Shown: in pieces, positions 37,747-46,386 of the stretch
Layout of the letters: each line of letters begins with the position of its first letter
Position numbering within the stretch: position 1 is the first letter of the stretch
Assembly (NCBI GenBank): GCA_964492695.1
Contig: CAZBMR010000004.1
Span: 2,414-66,413, forward strand
From: an uncultured Lentimicrobiaceae bacterium
Lineage (GTDB): Bacteria; Bacteroidota; Bacteroidia; Bacteroidales; F082
Direction of reading: 5' to 3'
Length of the DNA stretch: 64,000 bases
Translations under genes and position numbers: made by a program
The notes under the pieces: generated by a model
The model's input: only the letters and a program-made list of their open reading frames with translations
Databases searched by the model: none
Told to the model about the DNA's origin: nothing

Positions 37747-38538
37747 TTATCTGAACATATAGGAAAAACGAATACTGATGCGGTTGTAATTGGTAAACGT
37801 CCTTCGTTTGTTAAAATCCTGAAACCAGTATTGATAGCTATCATACGACAATTGTTGATGATGATATCCCACGCTGAGTAGAATTGCATCTCTCTGGCCT
37901 CGTGGAAAAAGCAAACCCAATTCGGGCGAAATCATCACACCACCGTATGTTCTGGCATCATCAAAAGGATAATAGTCCGAAAGGTCTTCTGCAGATTCAA
38001 GCGGGATGCCATATCCCAGCTTTAATGATGCGAAAGGGATGATATCGTGCCTGCGCAGGAGGTATTTCACATCGGCAAAAAGAGGCATCACACTCCATTG
38101 GTAGTACTCATAACCAATCCCGATGCCGGTATAAACCCTTGGATGAAAATAATATCCATTTACCACCGTGAATGATGGCACCGGAATGCGATCGCTTTGC
38201 CCTTCGCCCAAAAGGAGCGAAACAGAGCTGATGTTGAAATATCCGTGTTTTTTATAGTCAGTAAAACTTTTTTTTCTCCAATCAACGATTGTATCAAGTT
38301 CGCCAAACGAAATGATTCTGATGCCACAATTATTTTCAACACTCAGCTTTTGAACGCTGTCAATCAGTGTGACCTTTCCAAAAATTGTTTCTCCCGTTTT
38401 GAGGATAACCGCCTTATCATGTTTAGCCTGTCCATGTGCTGACACAAAAAAAACAAGCAATAACACCACCATTGACAGCCTGTAAAAAGCTGACTTACCT
38501 GCTAATTGACCGATGGCAGAAGGTTGCTGTAGCTTCAT
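37747..38538 (-). CDS. Hypothetical secreted / outer-membrane beta-barrel-like protein
   Basis: Signal peptide LSMVVLLLVFFVSAHGQ, a beta-rich aromatic pattern and the C-terminal ISIRFSYMFR. It is the last gene of the ECF-sigma operon. Confidence 0.6.
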   Translation of the reverse strand: MKLQQPSAIGQLAGKSAFYRLSMVVLLLVFFVSAHGQAKHDKAVILKTGETIFGKVTLIDSVQKLSVENNCGIRIISFGELDTIVDWRKKSFTDYKKHGYFNISSVSLLLGEGQSDRIPVPSFTVVNGYYFHPRVYTGIGIGYEYYQWSVMPLFADVKYLLRRHDIIPFASLKLGYGIPLESAEDLSDYYPFDDARTYGGVMISPELGLLFPRGQRDAILLSVGYHHQQLSYDSYQYWFQDFNKRRTFTNYNRISIRFSYMFR

Positions 38539-38539
38539 A

Positions 38540-38731
38540 CTACCAGAGCGAAACCTGATTTAATTTCCACAACTTGCTCAGGTGTTTGCGCAGGTTGTGC
38601 TGCTTGCCAAGGCGGTTGTTCCAGGCCATCGGCTGATTTCCCATCAAGTTACGCAAAGGCGAAAGTTGCCACAAAGCACCCTCAGTAGCACTGCTTTGGC
38701 GTTTTACTTTTTTCCAGAATAAGAGTTTCAT
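38540..38731 (-). CDS. Possible 63-aa basic, Trp-rich small protein (MKLLFWKKVKRQSS...)
   Basis: The ORF ends 1 nt before the ATG of the next gene (TAGTATG). No family recognised; it could be spurious. Confidence 0.3.
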   Translation of the reverse strand: MKLLFWKKVKRQSSATEGALWQLSPLRNLMGNQPMAWNNRLGKQHNLRKHLSKLWKLNQVSLW

Positions 38732-38747
38732 AGCTTGAAAAGTTTTA

Positions 38748-38795
38748 ACTGTTGCCCCCGGACAAGCCGGAGGCAACAGTCCGGACTTAAGTCCG
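38748..38795 (-). other. Two adjacent GC-rich stem-loops (terminator/attenuator-like) between the LVIVD gene and the small ORF
   Basis: A 9-bp stem ACTGTTGCC/GGCAACAGT (38748-38756 / 38772-38780) with an inner CCGG/CCGG pairing, plus the 14-nt perfect palindrome CGGACTTAAGTCCG (38782-38795). Confidence 0.45.
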
Positions 38796-38832
38796 TTGAT
38801 ATGTAAAAATGGTTAGTGAGTGTTTCATTGTC

Positions 38833-40131
38833 TCAAGGATTCGTGCTTAGCTGTAGTTGACTTAACAGCCGGAGGTTTGTTGGATCCGTATAATCATATT
38901 GATAAAGTCCATCGGCACCAATCATCATCAGCACACCATTCACCGGAATGACGTCGTAACTGTGAATATTGGGGAAGTGTGCCAGCTGATGCTGCAAGAT
39001 CTCCTGAGGATCAGTCACATCAAAAACTTTCAGCCCTGCCTCTCCATCACATATAAAAAGGGTATTGCCGTCTATTCCAAGACCATGCGGATTGAAGAAT
39101 GGATACGACTTCACAAGGTAGGGATGTTGGACAGACGAAATATCAACCACATCAAGCTGATTGGTCATATTGTTGCACGCATTCCCCGAGCGCAGGGTCA
39201 CATACGCATACTGACCGGAAACGACCACTGGGTCACATGACGTAATATGCTCAAAAACTGACACATACTCTGGTGTTGCGGGGTTGGCCAGGTCGTAAAC
39301 GAGCATGCCAGTGGTTGTACCCAGAAAGAGCTTCCCTTCGAATGGATAAATGGTTTCCACGTTGCGGTTCAGCTCAAGCGCGTTGCCCAGCGCAATTCCC
39401 GGGGTTTGGCTGATATTGATCACCTTGAGTTGGGTGTTATGAACGGCATACATATAGCCATCGATGATGGTGAAACGCGCCATGGATCCTGCAACTCCCG
39501 TTGTCTGGCCAATGAGGCTCACATCGGCAGAACCAACCATGGGAGCACCCCTGTCGTTCAACGCAAGCATTTCACCTTTTGATCCAAAATTGCCCCTCTC
39601 AACCACTTCAGTAACTTCTTTCTTTTCCCAACTTACCACCACACCTTTGCTAAAATCAAGACCATAAACTGGATAAACTTCGTCAGGCGTAGGGATTACA
39701 TTCGGGAAAACTCCTTCAATACGGTCAATTTCAACGGTTTGCTGTGGGTTGCTGATGTCAATGGCAACAAGATCGATGTAGCTATCGGCATACAACACAT
39801 TTCCCCTGATGGCAATATCAACGTTTCCGGGTATTTCTATAAAGGCAATTTTAACAGGGTTGGCAGGATTGCTGTTATCAACCACATGCACTCCCTGCTG
39901 ATTTTCGTTGATAAACAGGTAGTTATTATAAAAGTAGATCTTTCCTGGCGCCACCATCTCTTTGGGTGAAGTTTGTTTTACAGCAGCCCTGAAGTCTTCA
40001 AAGGTCATGTAAACAGGCACATTGGCCATGTAGGTAATTTCTTCAAACACCCTGTCGCGGCATCCGGTTAGACCTACGCCAACAAAAAGTACAATTGTCA
40101 GAAAAACGGAAATTTTAAGAAAGGGTTTCAT
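38833..40131 (-). CDS. LVIVD-repeat beta-propeller lipoprotein
   Basis: Lipobox LTGC after the signal peptide. Repeated LVIVD-like motifs: VHVVDNS, LVAIDIS, LKVINIS, LDVVDIS and LKVFDVT. Confidence 0.8.
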   Translation of the reverse strand: MKPFLKISVFLTIVLFVGVGLTGCRDRVFEEITYMANVPVYMTFEDFRAAVKQTSPKEMVAPGKIYFYNNYLFINENQQGVHVVDNSNPANPVKIAFIEIPGNVDIAIRGNVLYADSYIDLVAIDISNPQQTVEIDRIEGVFPNVIPTPDEVYPVYGLDFSKGVVVSWEKKEVTEVVERGNFGSKGEMLALNDRGAPMVGSADVSLIGQTTGVAGSMARFTIIDGYMYAVHNTQLKVINISQTPGIALGNALELNRNVETIYPFEGKLFLGTTTGMLVYDLANPATPEYVSVFEHITSCDPVVVSGQYAYVTLRSGNACNNMTNQLDVVDISSVQHPYLVKSYPFFNPHGLGIDGNTLFICDGEAGLKVFDVTDPQEILQHQLAHFPNIHSYDVIPVNGVLMMIGADGLYQYDYTDPTNLRLLSQLQLSTNP

Positions 40132-40188
40132 ACCTCAGGCAAATTTCACCAAAGACGCATGAAACCTGCAAACCGTTGCACTGTATTG

Positions 40189-41472
40189 TTAAAAATTAAC
40201 ACGTACACCTGTTTGAAAAACAGGCCAGGTCATTTTAGCTGATCTCATGTTGAACGGTTGCGTACTGTTCAGGTAAAAAATCTGCATGCCAGCCTCACCA
40301 TAAACACTAAAATTACCATACAGCGTTAGATCTGCACCAAGTGTTGTAAGCGTGGAAAACTGAAAGCCGGGAATGGGCATTCCATAGTGATCCGACTGAG
40401 ACAGCCGGTTGTTCTCGTAATAGTTTGATTTGTTTATCGCCCGTATTCCTTTTTCAAGTACCACCGACTGAGACAGATATGATTTCAATATTTTATTCTG
40501 AAGGACATCCCATCTCACACCAAGCGGAATGCCCAGATAATACAATGTGCGGAAATATTTATTATAATTGTTATCAACGCTTACCGTTTTACTCACCACA
40601 CTCAATGAGGTATAGCTAATTCCGGTTTCGAGGAAGAAACGCTTGCCAACCTGATAACTTACTTTTGCGCCCAGTGTGAGGGGTGGCTGAACATCGGTGC
40701 GTTCTATTTCTTCGTAGAAAGAGGTTTCGTAAGCCATTTCCGACTGAAATGCATCATTACGGTAGCGCACATTGCTGTTTTCGTAGAGCAATTCGTTGGC
40801 CGAGACCGAGCCGCCCGGCACGCTGCCATAGGCAAAAGCCAGGTTCAGACGATTGGTGCTGCGACTATCTTTAATTTTTTTAAGCTCCAGCTCCTCGTCC
40901 ATTAACCGTTGAAGCATTTTTGCAGCCAAAATGGATTTAGCTCTTTTTTCCTCCACATCCGTCGCTCCCGATGGCCCGGCCGTTTCTTCAACCTCATGAT
41001 TGGCAAGCAATTGAGCTTCTGACTCAAACTGTTTTGGGTCTTGTTCTGCATCTTTCGGGCTTAGCGGCTGTTCGTGCAGATTGTTGATATGGCTCGAACT
41101 TGCATCATCCTTTGTTTGGCGCAACGACAGTGATTGTGCCAGTTGGGATGCATTGTGATTATTCGATAATCCGGGCGCAGTATTTTCAGTGTAGGCATGA
41201 GCGCCGGGCTGAGAATACTTTTCTGACTGAACGACTGATGGTTGGCCAAAAGGCTGAGGAAGGGTGTACGGCTCAGAAACAAATCTCCAAAGGGGGATCA
41301 ACGAAACCAATAAAATGGCGGCAATGGATGCAGCATACACAATCATCTTTTTGCGCTTTCTAAAGCGCAATCCGTATCTTACCCCTTCCCAAACCTGCAC
41401 CGGTGGATCCTTTTGAAGGTTGTGCAATGCCTCGGAGAAGAGTTCTTTCAGCTCGTCGTTATGCATTTCCAT
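40189..41472 (-). CDS. Putative anti-sigma factor fused to a C-terminal outer-membrane beta-barrel domain
   Basis: The start at MEMHNDELK overlaps the sigma gene by 14 nt. There is one TM (MIVYAASIAAILLVSLIPLW) and a ~130-aa low-complexity linker. The C-terminal ~230 aa is beta-barrel-like and ends in GVRVNF. Confidence 0.7.
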   Translation of the reverse strand: MEMHNDELKELFSEALHNLQKDPPVQVWEGVRYGLRFRKRKKMIVYAASIAAILLVSLIPLWRFVSEPYTLPQPFGQPSVVQSEKYSQPGAHAYTENTAPGLSNNHNASQLAQSLSLRQTKDDASSSHINNLHEQPLSPKDAEQDPKQFESEAQLLANHEVEETAGPSGATDVEEKRAKSILAAKMLQRLMDEELELKKIKDSRSTNRLNLAFAYGSVPGGSVSANELLYENSNVRYRNDAFQSEMAYETSFYEEIERTDVQPPLTLGAKVSYQVGKRFFLETGISYTSLSVVSKTVSVDNNYNKYFRTLYYLGIPLGVRWDVLQNKILKSYLSQSVVLEKGIRAINKSNYYENNRLSQSDHYGMPIPGFQFSTLTTLGADLTLYGNFSVYGEAGMQIFYLNSTQPFNMRSAKMTWPVFQTGVRVNF

Positions 41473-42004
41473 CTTTTGGTTCTTTTTGCGTAATACGGTG
41501 TTGCAACCATTGTCTGGCTCTGGAGTACTGCGATTTTGAGGTTCCTTCGCTGATGTGCAGCAATTCTCCAATTTCCTGATGGGTGTATCCTTCGATGGCA
41601 TACAAATTGAAAACGGTTCGAAAACCCACAGGCAATGTTTGAACAAGATGCAATAAATCATCAGCATTCATTCTGTCAGTAACTTGTGCTGCATCCGATG
41701 CCAGATTTGCCATTTGTTCCACCTCAAGGCTTCTTTTAAAGATATCCGTTTTTCGCAGTTTTTCCAATGCTGTGTTAACAATAATTCGTCTAACCCATCC
41801 TTCGAGCGATCCTTCGCCCCTGAACTTGTCAAGATGCGTAAACACCCTGATAAATCCTTCCTGAAGGTAATCCTGTGCAGTGCTTTCATCTTTTGCATAG
41901 CGCAAACAAACGCCATACATTTTGGATGCAAACAGATCGTAAAGCTGCTTTTGCGCCTTCCGATCGCCTTTCAAACAAGCACTTAACAGTTGTTTTTCAT
42001 CCAT
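41459..42004 (-). CDS. ECF-type RNA polymerase sigma-70 factor
   Basis: Region 2 (DYLQEGFIRVF) and the region 4 HTH (YTHQEIGELLHISEGTSKSQYSRARQWLQ); 181 aa. Confidence 0.9.
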   Translation of the reverse strand: MDEKQLLSACLKGDRKAQKQLYDLFASKMYGVCLRYAKDESTAQDYLQEGFIRVFTHLDKFRGEGSLEGWVRRIIVNTALEKLRKTDIFKRSLEVEQMANLASDAAQVTDRMNADDLLHLVQTLPVGFRTVFNLYAIEGYTHQEIGELLHISEGTSKSQYSRARQWLQHRITQKEPKDGNA

Positions 42005-42042
42005 TCAACCGAAGAAAACAACTACCTTCTGCAAGCAAATCA

Positions 42043-42069
42043 GACGCCATGAACGGATAAAAAGTTGCA
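42043..42069 (-). promoter_or_regulatory. Candidate ECF-type autoregulated promoter (TGCAAC-N17-CGTC)
   Basis: On the minus strand, GCAAC (42064-42068) and CGTC (42043-46) are separated by 17 nt. The -10 element is 38 nt upstream of the sigma ATG. Confidence 0.35.
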
Positions 42070-42201
42070 CGGTTTGTCATGACTTTTTTTTCATCGGTAG
42101 TAATGGGTTTATCTTAAAAACACAGCAAGCCACCAGATGATGGCCCGATCAGTTGCAAAAATAGCAATTTAAGTTTTCATGTGTGGGGTGAGCTAATTAA
42201 C

Positions 42202-42232
42202 AAAAAAAGAGGGTTTCCCCTCTTTCTTTTTT
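42202..42232 (-). terminator. Rho-independent terminator of pckA (bidirectional shape)
   Basis: Stem AGAGGG/CCCTCT with loop TTTC, flanked by an A-run and a T-run, about 20 nt past the pckA stop. Confidence 0.7.
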
Positions 42233-42250
42233 AGTTTAAAAAGCGAAAAT

Positions 42251-43867
42251 CTATAGTTGCGGGCCTGCTGCCACAAGGCGTTTTCCCTCTTCAGTATCGG
42301 TATATTTCTCAAAATTCTCAACGAACATCCTGGCCAATTCGTTGGCTTTGCGATCGAATTCAGCCGGATCGGCATAGGTGTTTCGTGTAAACAGGATGTT
42401 TGAATCGACGCCTTTCAGCTCTGTAGGAACTTCAAGCTTAAAGCGCGGGGTGATACGTGTAGGTGCATCTTCAATGCTGCCGTCGAGAATGGCATCGATG
42501 ATGGCACGTGTTGCTTTAATCGAGATACGTTTCCCTGTTCCGTTCCAACCGGTGTTTACAAGGTAGGCCTTTGCACCAACGGCTTCCATACGTTTCACCA
42601 GTTCAACAGCATATTTGGTTGGATGCAGGGCCAAAAATGCGTTTCCAAAGCAAGCTGAAAAGGTGGGTTGAGGAGAGGTGACACCCCTCTCTGTTCCGGC
42701 AAGTTTGGCTGTAAATCCTGAAAGAAAATGATATTTGGTTTGATCGCTGCTGAGTTTGGCAACAGGCGGAAGTACACCAAAAGCATCGGCCGTCAGAAAA
42801 ATGACTTTGGTTGCGTGGCCTCCTTTGGAAACTGGTTTTACAATATTGTCAATGTGGTAGATCGGATAAGAAACGCGTGTATTTTCGGTTTTGGCCTTGC
42901 TGTCGAAATCGATCGAGCCATCTTCCCTCACCACCAGGTTCTCCAGCAGTGCATCGCGCTTGATGGCATGAAAAATGTCGGGTTCGTTTTCTTCGCTCAG
43001 GTTGATGCACTTGGCGTAGCATCCTCCTTCAAAATTGAATACCCCGTCATCGTCCCAACCATGTTCATCATCTCCGATGAGCATGCGTTTTGGATCGGCT
43101 GAAAGCGTTGTTTTGCCAGTGCCTGATAAGCCAAAAAAGATAGCCACATCGCCATCTTTACCCATATTTGCCGAGCAATGCATTGATGCAATGCCCTTTA
43201 GCGGAAGGTAGTAGTTCATCATGGTGAAAATACCCTTTTTCATTTCGCCACCATACCAGCTTCCGCCAATGAGCGACATGCGCTCTTTCAGGTTGAAAAC
43301 CACAAAGTTTTCAGAATTCATGCCCATTTCCTTCCAATGTGGGTTGATCGTCTTGGAAGCATTGAGCACCACAAAATCAGGCACAAAATTGGCCAGCTCG
43401 GTTTCTGTAGGCCTGATGAACATATTTTTTACAAAATGCGCCTGCCAGGCTACTTCCACTACAAAACGAACCTTTAAACGGGTGTCGGGATTTGCACCTG
43501 CATAGGCATCCATGATGTAAAGGTTCTTTTCACTAAGTTGATCGGCAGCAATTTTTTTTAGTTGATTCCATTTTTCAGGTTCAAGCGGCCGGTTGTCATT
43601 TTTTCCCTGCGTTGACCACCATACGGTATCTTTTGATACTTCGTCAAATACAATGTATTTGTCCTTGGGTGAGCGGCCAGTGAAAACGCCTGTATCCACT
43701 GAGACGGCTCCGGTATTGGTAACAATACCCTTTTCAAAGCCTTCGAGACCGGGAGCGGTTTCGTGCTGATAAAGTTCTTCGTATGAAATATTGTGAAATA
43801 TCTTTTTGGCATTGCTGATGCCATACTGTGCCAGTTCTTGCCTGAGCACGTTTTCGTCCTTAAACAT
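42251..43867 (-). CDS. pckA: Phosphoenolpyruvate carboxykinase (ATP)
   Basis: Kinase-1a motif [16 protein letters not shown]; 538 aa with end-to-end family resemblance. Confidence 0.95.
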   Translation of the reverse strand: MFKDENVLRQELAQYGISNAKKIFHNISYEELYQHETAPGLEGFEKGIVTNTGAVSVDTGVFTGRSPKDKYIVFDEVSKDTVWWSTQGKNDNRPLEPEKWNQLKKIAADQLSEKNLYIMDAYAGANPDTRLKVRFVVEVAWQAHFVKNMFIRPTETELANFVPDFVVLNASKTINPHWKEMGMNSENFVVFNLKERMSLIGGSWYGGEMKKGIFTMMNYYLPLKGIASMHCSANMGKDGDVAIFFGLSGTGKTTLSADPKRMLIGDDEHGWDDDGVFNFEGGCYAKCINLSEENEPDIFHAIKRDALLENLVVREDGSIDFDSKAKTENTRVSYPIYHIDNIVKPVSKGGHATKVIFLTADAFGVLPPVAKLSSDQTKYHFLSGFTAKLAGTERGVTSPQPTFSACFGNAFLALHPTKYAVELVKRMEAVGAKAYLVNTGWNGTGKRISIKATRAIIDAILDGSIEDAPTRITPRFKLEVPTELKGVDSNILFTRNTYADPAEFDRKANELARMFVENFEKYTDTEEGKRLVAAGPQL

Positions 43868-43909
43868 TGTTCAGTTTTTAGATTATACTTCGATGGTTTG
43901 ATAAAGGCG

Positions 43910-43917
43910 CAAAATTA
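43910..43917 (-). promoter_or_regulatory. -7 promoter box of pckA (TAATTTTG on the minus strand)
   Basis: TAnnTTTG match 43 nt upstream of the pckA ATG. Confidence 0.35.
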
Positions 43918-43933
43918 GCAAATCAAACGAATG

Positions 43934-43947
43934 CACAAACGTTTGCG
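43934..43947. promoter_or_regulatory. Second copy of the PurR-box-like palindrome (CGCAAACGTTTGTG on the minus strand)
   Basis: A 13/14 match to the palindrome at 2737-2750, 16 nt upstream of the pckA -7 box. Confidence 0.4.
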
Positions 43948-44009
43948 GAAATAAATTCAGCTAGTGAAATATGTAAATATGTATCCCCTGTGCATGTGCT
44001 TGTCTGGCC

Positions 44010-44042
44010 AAAAAAAAGTCCGGCTTCGACCGGACTTTTTTT
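44010..44042 (-). terminator. Rho-independent terminator of the M14 peptidase gene (bidirectional shape)
   Basis: Stem AGTCCGG/CCGGACT (44017-44023 / 44030-44036) flanked by an A-run and a T-run. Confidence 0.75.
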
Positions 44043-44054
44043 ATTCATTAATCT

Positions 44055-46376
44055 TTAATTTACACGGCTAATCTTTTCGATCCACCTGGTTGTATTTGTT
44101 TGAATAATAACAAAATAAACACCTTTCGTCAAACCATCCACTGCCAGATCGATGGAGGTTTCGCCCTGATACGCTTGCTTGATTCTTTCCTTACCCTGCA
44201 TATCAACCACCGTAATATGCAATACAGGCTCAGCAGACATAAGCCTGATGGATGAAGCGTTTGATGGATTGGGGATGATTTTTATGCTTGGCGCATTGGA
44301 TTCATCCAAACCCACGGTTGAGAAACAGGAAATATCGGCAGCCCATCCGGGTTGAGTAACAGAGCCATCAGAGTAGAACTGAAACGTGAGTCCTTTGCCT
44401 CCATTATTGGCGATAATCGTGCCAGGCGAATCTGTTCCACACCAGGTTCCAAGCAATGGTGCACTGGTATTTAGTCCGTTGTATATGCGCAAGCCATCAT
44501 AATTACAACTTGATTGGGCTTCCAGATCAAACATTGTAAACACAACCTTTGTTAATGCCTCCTCTGTGTCAGGAACAATGGTCATGGTAATTTGCTGGTT
44601 GTTGCTATAATTTCCTGTTGGTCCGCCCGGATCGAAGAAAGTTCCTTCGCAGGTGGTGAAGGTTCCGCTTGTCATGATGTACATGGCCGAAACCTTGATC
44701 AAATCGGTCTTGGTCACGGTGCTGCTTTGCCCGTTGCTGTTCGTAACAGTGAGCTGAACGTCAAACTCTCCCGATTCGGGATAGGTGATGTTTGTGGGAT
44801 TCATCAAAGTGGATGTAGCAGGCACAGCGCCTTCAAATTGCCACAAATAAGAAACAATATTTTGTCCGTACGAATTGTTAAAAAAGTTCACCTGACTGCC
44901 TTTGGGTATCTCGTAGGCACTGGCTGTAAAATCAGCGATAATTGCACCAGGAACCAATTGGACATCTAGTTCAACTTTTTGTTTGTCGGCAATGGTGAGG
45001 TTGTGGATGGTTTTTGGGTAGTAACCCTCTGCTGTGAAAGTGAGGTCATATGTACCGGCTTTGATTGGCCGTGAATAAAAGCCATCAGGCAAGCGTGATT
45101 CAACATGTGAGCTATCTAAATCATGCCCCAGAATTTCAATTTTGGCCATGATTGGCTCACCTGTCAGGGTGTCGGTCACGATGCCATGAAAGCCATAGGT
45201 GGCCTGCTTCAGATAATTCAGTAGGGAGCGTTTGTTGTAGTTCCAAAAATTGGGCAATTGGGAAGCGGGAGGAAGTTTGGTTTCAGAAATCTCGAGCGTT
45301 AACTCACGGCACTGCTCAAAAAAGTTCATATAGTCTTGTCTGCCACCATCGATGGTGTACCAGGCATATCCATTGGTTATTCCATTGTTCAGGTCGGTCA
45401 GATAACCGGCAGGTGCGTGAAGGTGCACTGTATCAGCATATTCACGACAAATGAGCACCCACCAGTTGTCGTCGGCATGGAGGCGCGACCAGGTATCCCA
45501 CGGATAGTTCAGTACTTCTGCACCACCATGGAAATTTACAGACATGGAGAAGTTGCGTTGAGCGCCAAAGTTCATGAAATGAACTGTTTCAGGCTGCCAG
45601 GCATTGCCATCAGGGTGCGGACCATCCTCAGGATCAGGATAATTGCGATTAAGGTCAACATTGTTCATATTGCCCCTTCGCGCACCATTCACCGTATTGT
45701 TACCACCGAAGTAAGTTCCGTCGGGGTTGGCATTTGGATTGATCCATATATCGAGGTTGTCAACGATGGCAGTGGCTTCAGTATCGGTTCCATAATTTTG
45801 AAGGAGATAATCTATCAATCTGAGCATCAACACGTAACCCGTAATCTCATCTCCATGGATGCTGGATGTATAAAGGAACTCAGGCTTACCTTCGGTTGTT
45901 CCGTTGTTGATGCGCACAGCCAACAACTGCCTTCCGCTGGCAAGGGTGCCGATGTTGTGCAAACTGCACAGATTTGGATAGTTAGCAGCAAATTGCTCCA
46001 TCATGGCCACATAGGCGGGATAGGTTGGATAGGTATCCCAGTCCTTCTGATTTTTGGCATCGGCCACATCCATCATGGGTTGTCCGGGAAACGCCATCGA
46101 AGGAGGTGTCAGCAGTTCAGGCTTATAACCGGCTTTCAAAAGGGTGACATACTGCAATGGGTTGGCATAGGCGATCAACTTTCCTTCTTTCCACTCATCC
46201 ACCGAAACCATTTTATTGATGGCTTCGAGTGCTTTGGGGTCGTCAACCCGCAAACTAAAATAAAATTCTTGTCGCTGAGCCTGAAGCAATTCAAGTTCTT
46301 TTTGAGATTGTGCCGTCAACTGACCGGTAAGGACTACCAGCAGCATGAGCCACAAGCTTTTGTAAAACATACGCAT
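44055..46376 (-). CDS. Secreted M14 zinc carboxypeptidase with PKD, CUB-like and T9SS C-terminal sorting domains
   Basis: Signal peptide, zinc motif HGDEITG and a PKD-like segment (YLWQFEG...DVQLTVTNSNG). It also has a CUB-like segment (CEGTFFDPGGPTGNYSNN...LRIYNG...WCG). The C-terminal ~75 aa is a typical T9SS CTD. Confidence 0.88.
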   Translation of the reverse strand: MRMFYKSLWLMLLVVLTGQLTAQSQKELELLQAQRQEFYFSLRVDDPKALEAINKMVSVDEWKEGKLIAYANPLQYVTLLKAGYKPELLTPPSMAFPGQPMMDVADAKNQKDWDTYPTYPAYVAMMEQFAANYPNLCSLHNIGTLASGRQLLAVRINNGTTEGKPEFLYTSSIHGDEITGYVLMLRLIDYLLQNYGTDTEATAIVDNLDIWINPNANPDGTYFGGNNTVNGARRGNMNNVDLNRNYPDPEDGPHPDGNAWQPETVHFMNFGAQRNFSMSVNFHGGAEVLNYPWDTWSRLHADDNWWVLICREYADTVHLHAPAGYLTDLNNGITNGYAWYTIDGGRQDYMNFFEQCRELTLEISETKLPPASQLPNFWNYNKRSLLNYLKQATYGFHGIVTDTLTGEPIMAKIEILGHDLDSSHVESRLPDGFYSRPIKAGTYDLTFTAEGYYPKTIHNLTIADKQKVELDVQLVPGAIIADFTASAYEIPKGSQVNFFNNSYGQNIVSYLWQFEGAVPATSTLMNPTNITYPESGEFDVQLTVTNSNGQSSTVTKTDLIKVSAMYIMTSGTFTTCEGTFFDPGGPTGNYSNNQQITMTIVPDTEEALTKVVFTMFDLEAQSSCNYDGLRIYNGLNTSAPLLGTWCGTDSPGTIIANNGGKGLTFQFYSDGSVTQPGWAADISCFSTVGLDESNAPSIKIIPNPSNASSIRLMSAEPVLHITVVDMQGKERIKQAYQGETSIDLAVDGLTKGVYFVIIQTNTTRWIEKISRVN

Positions 46377-46386
46377 TTCGAAATAA

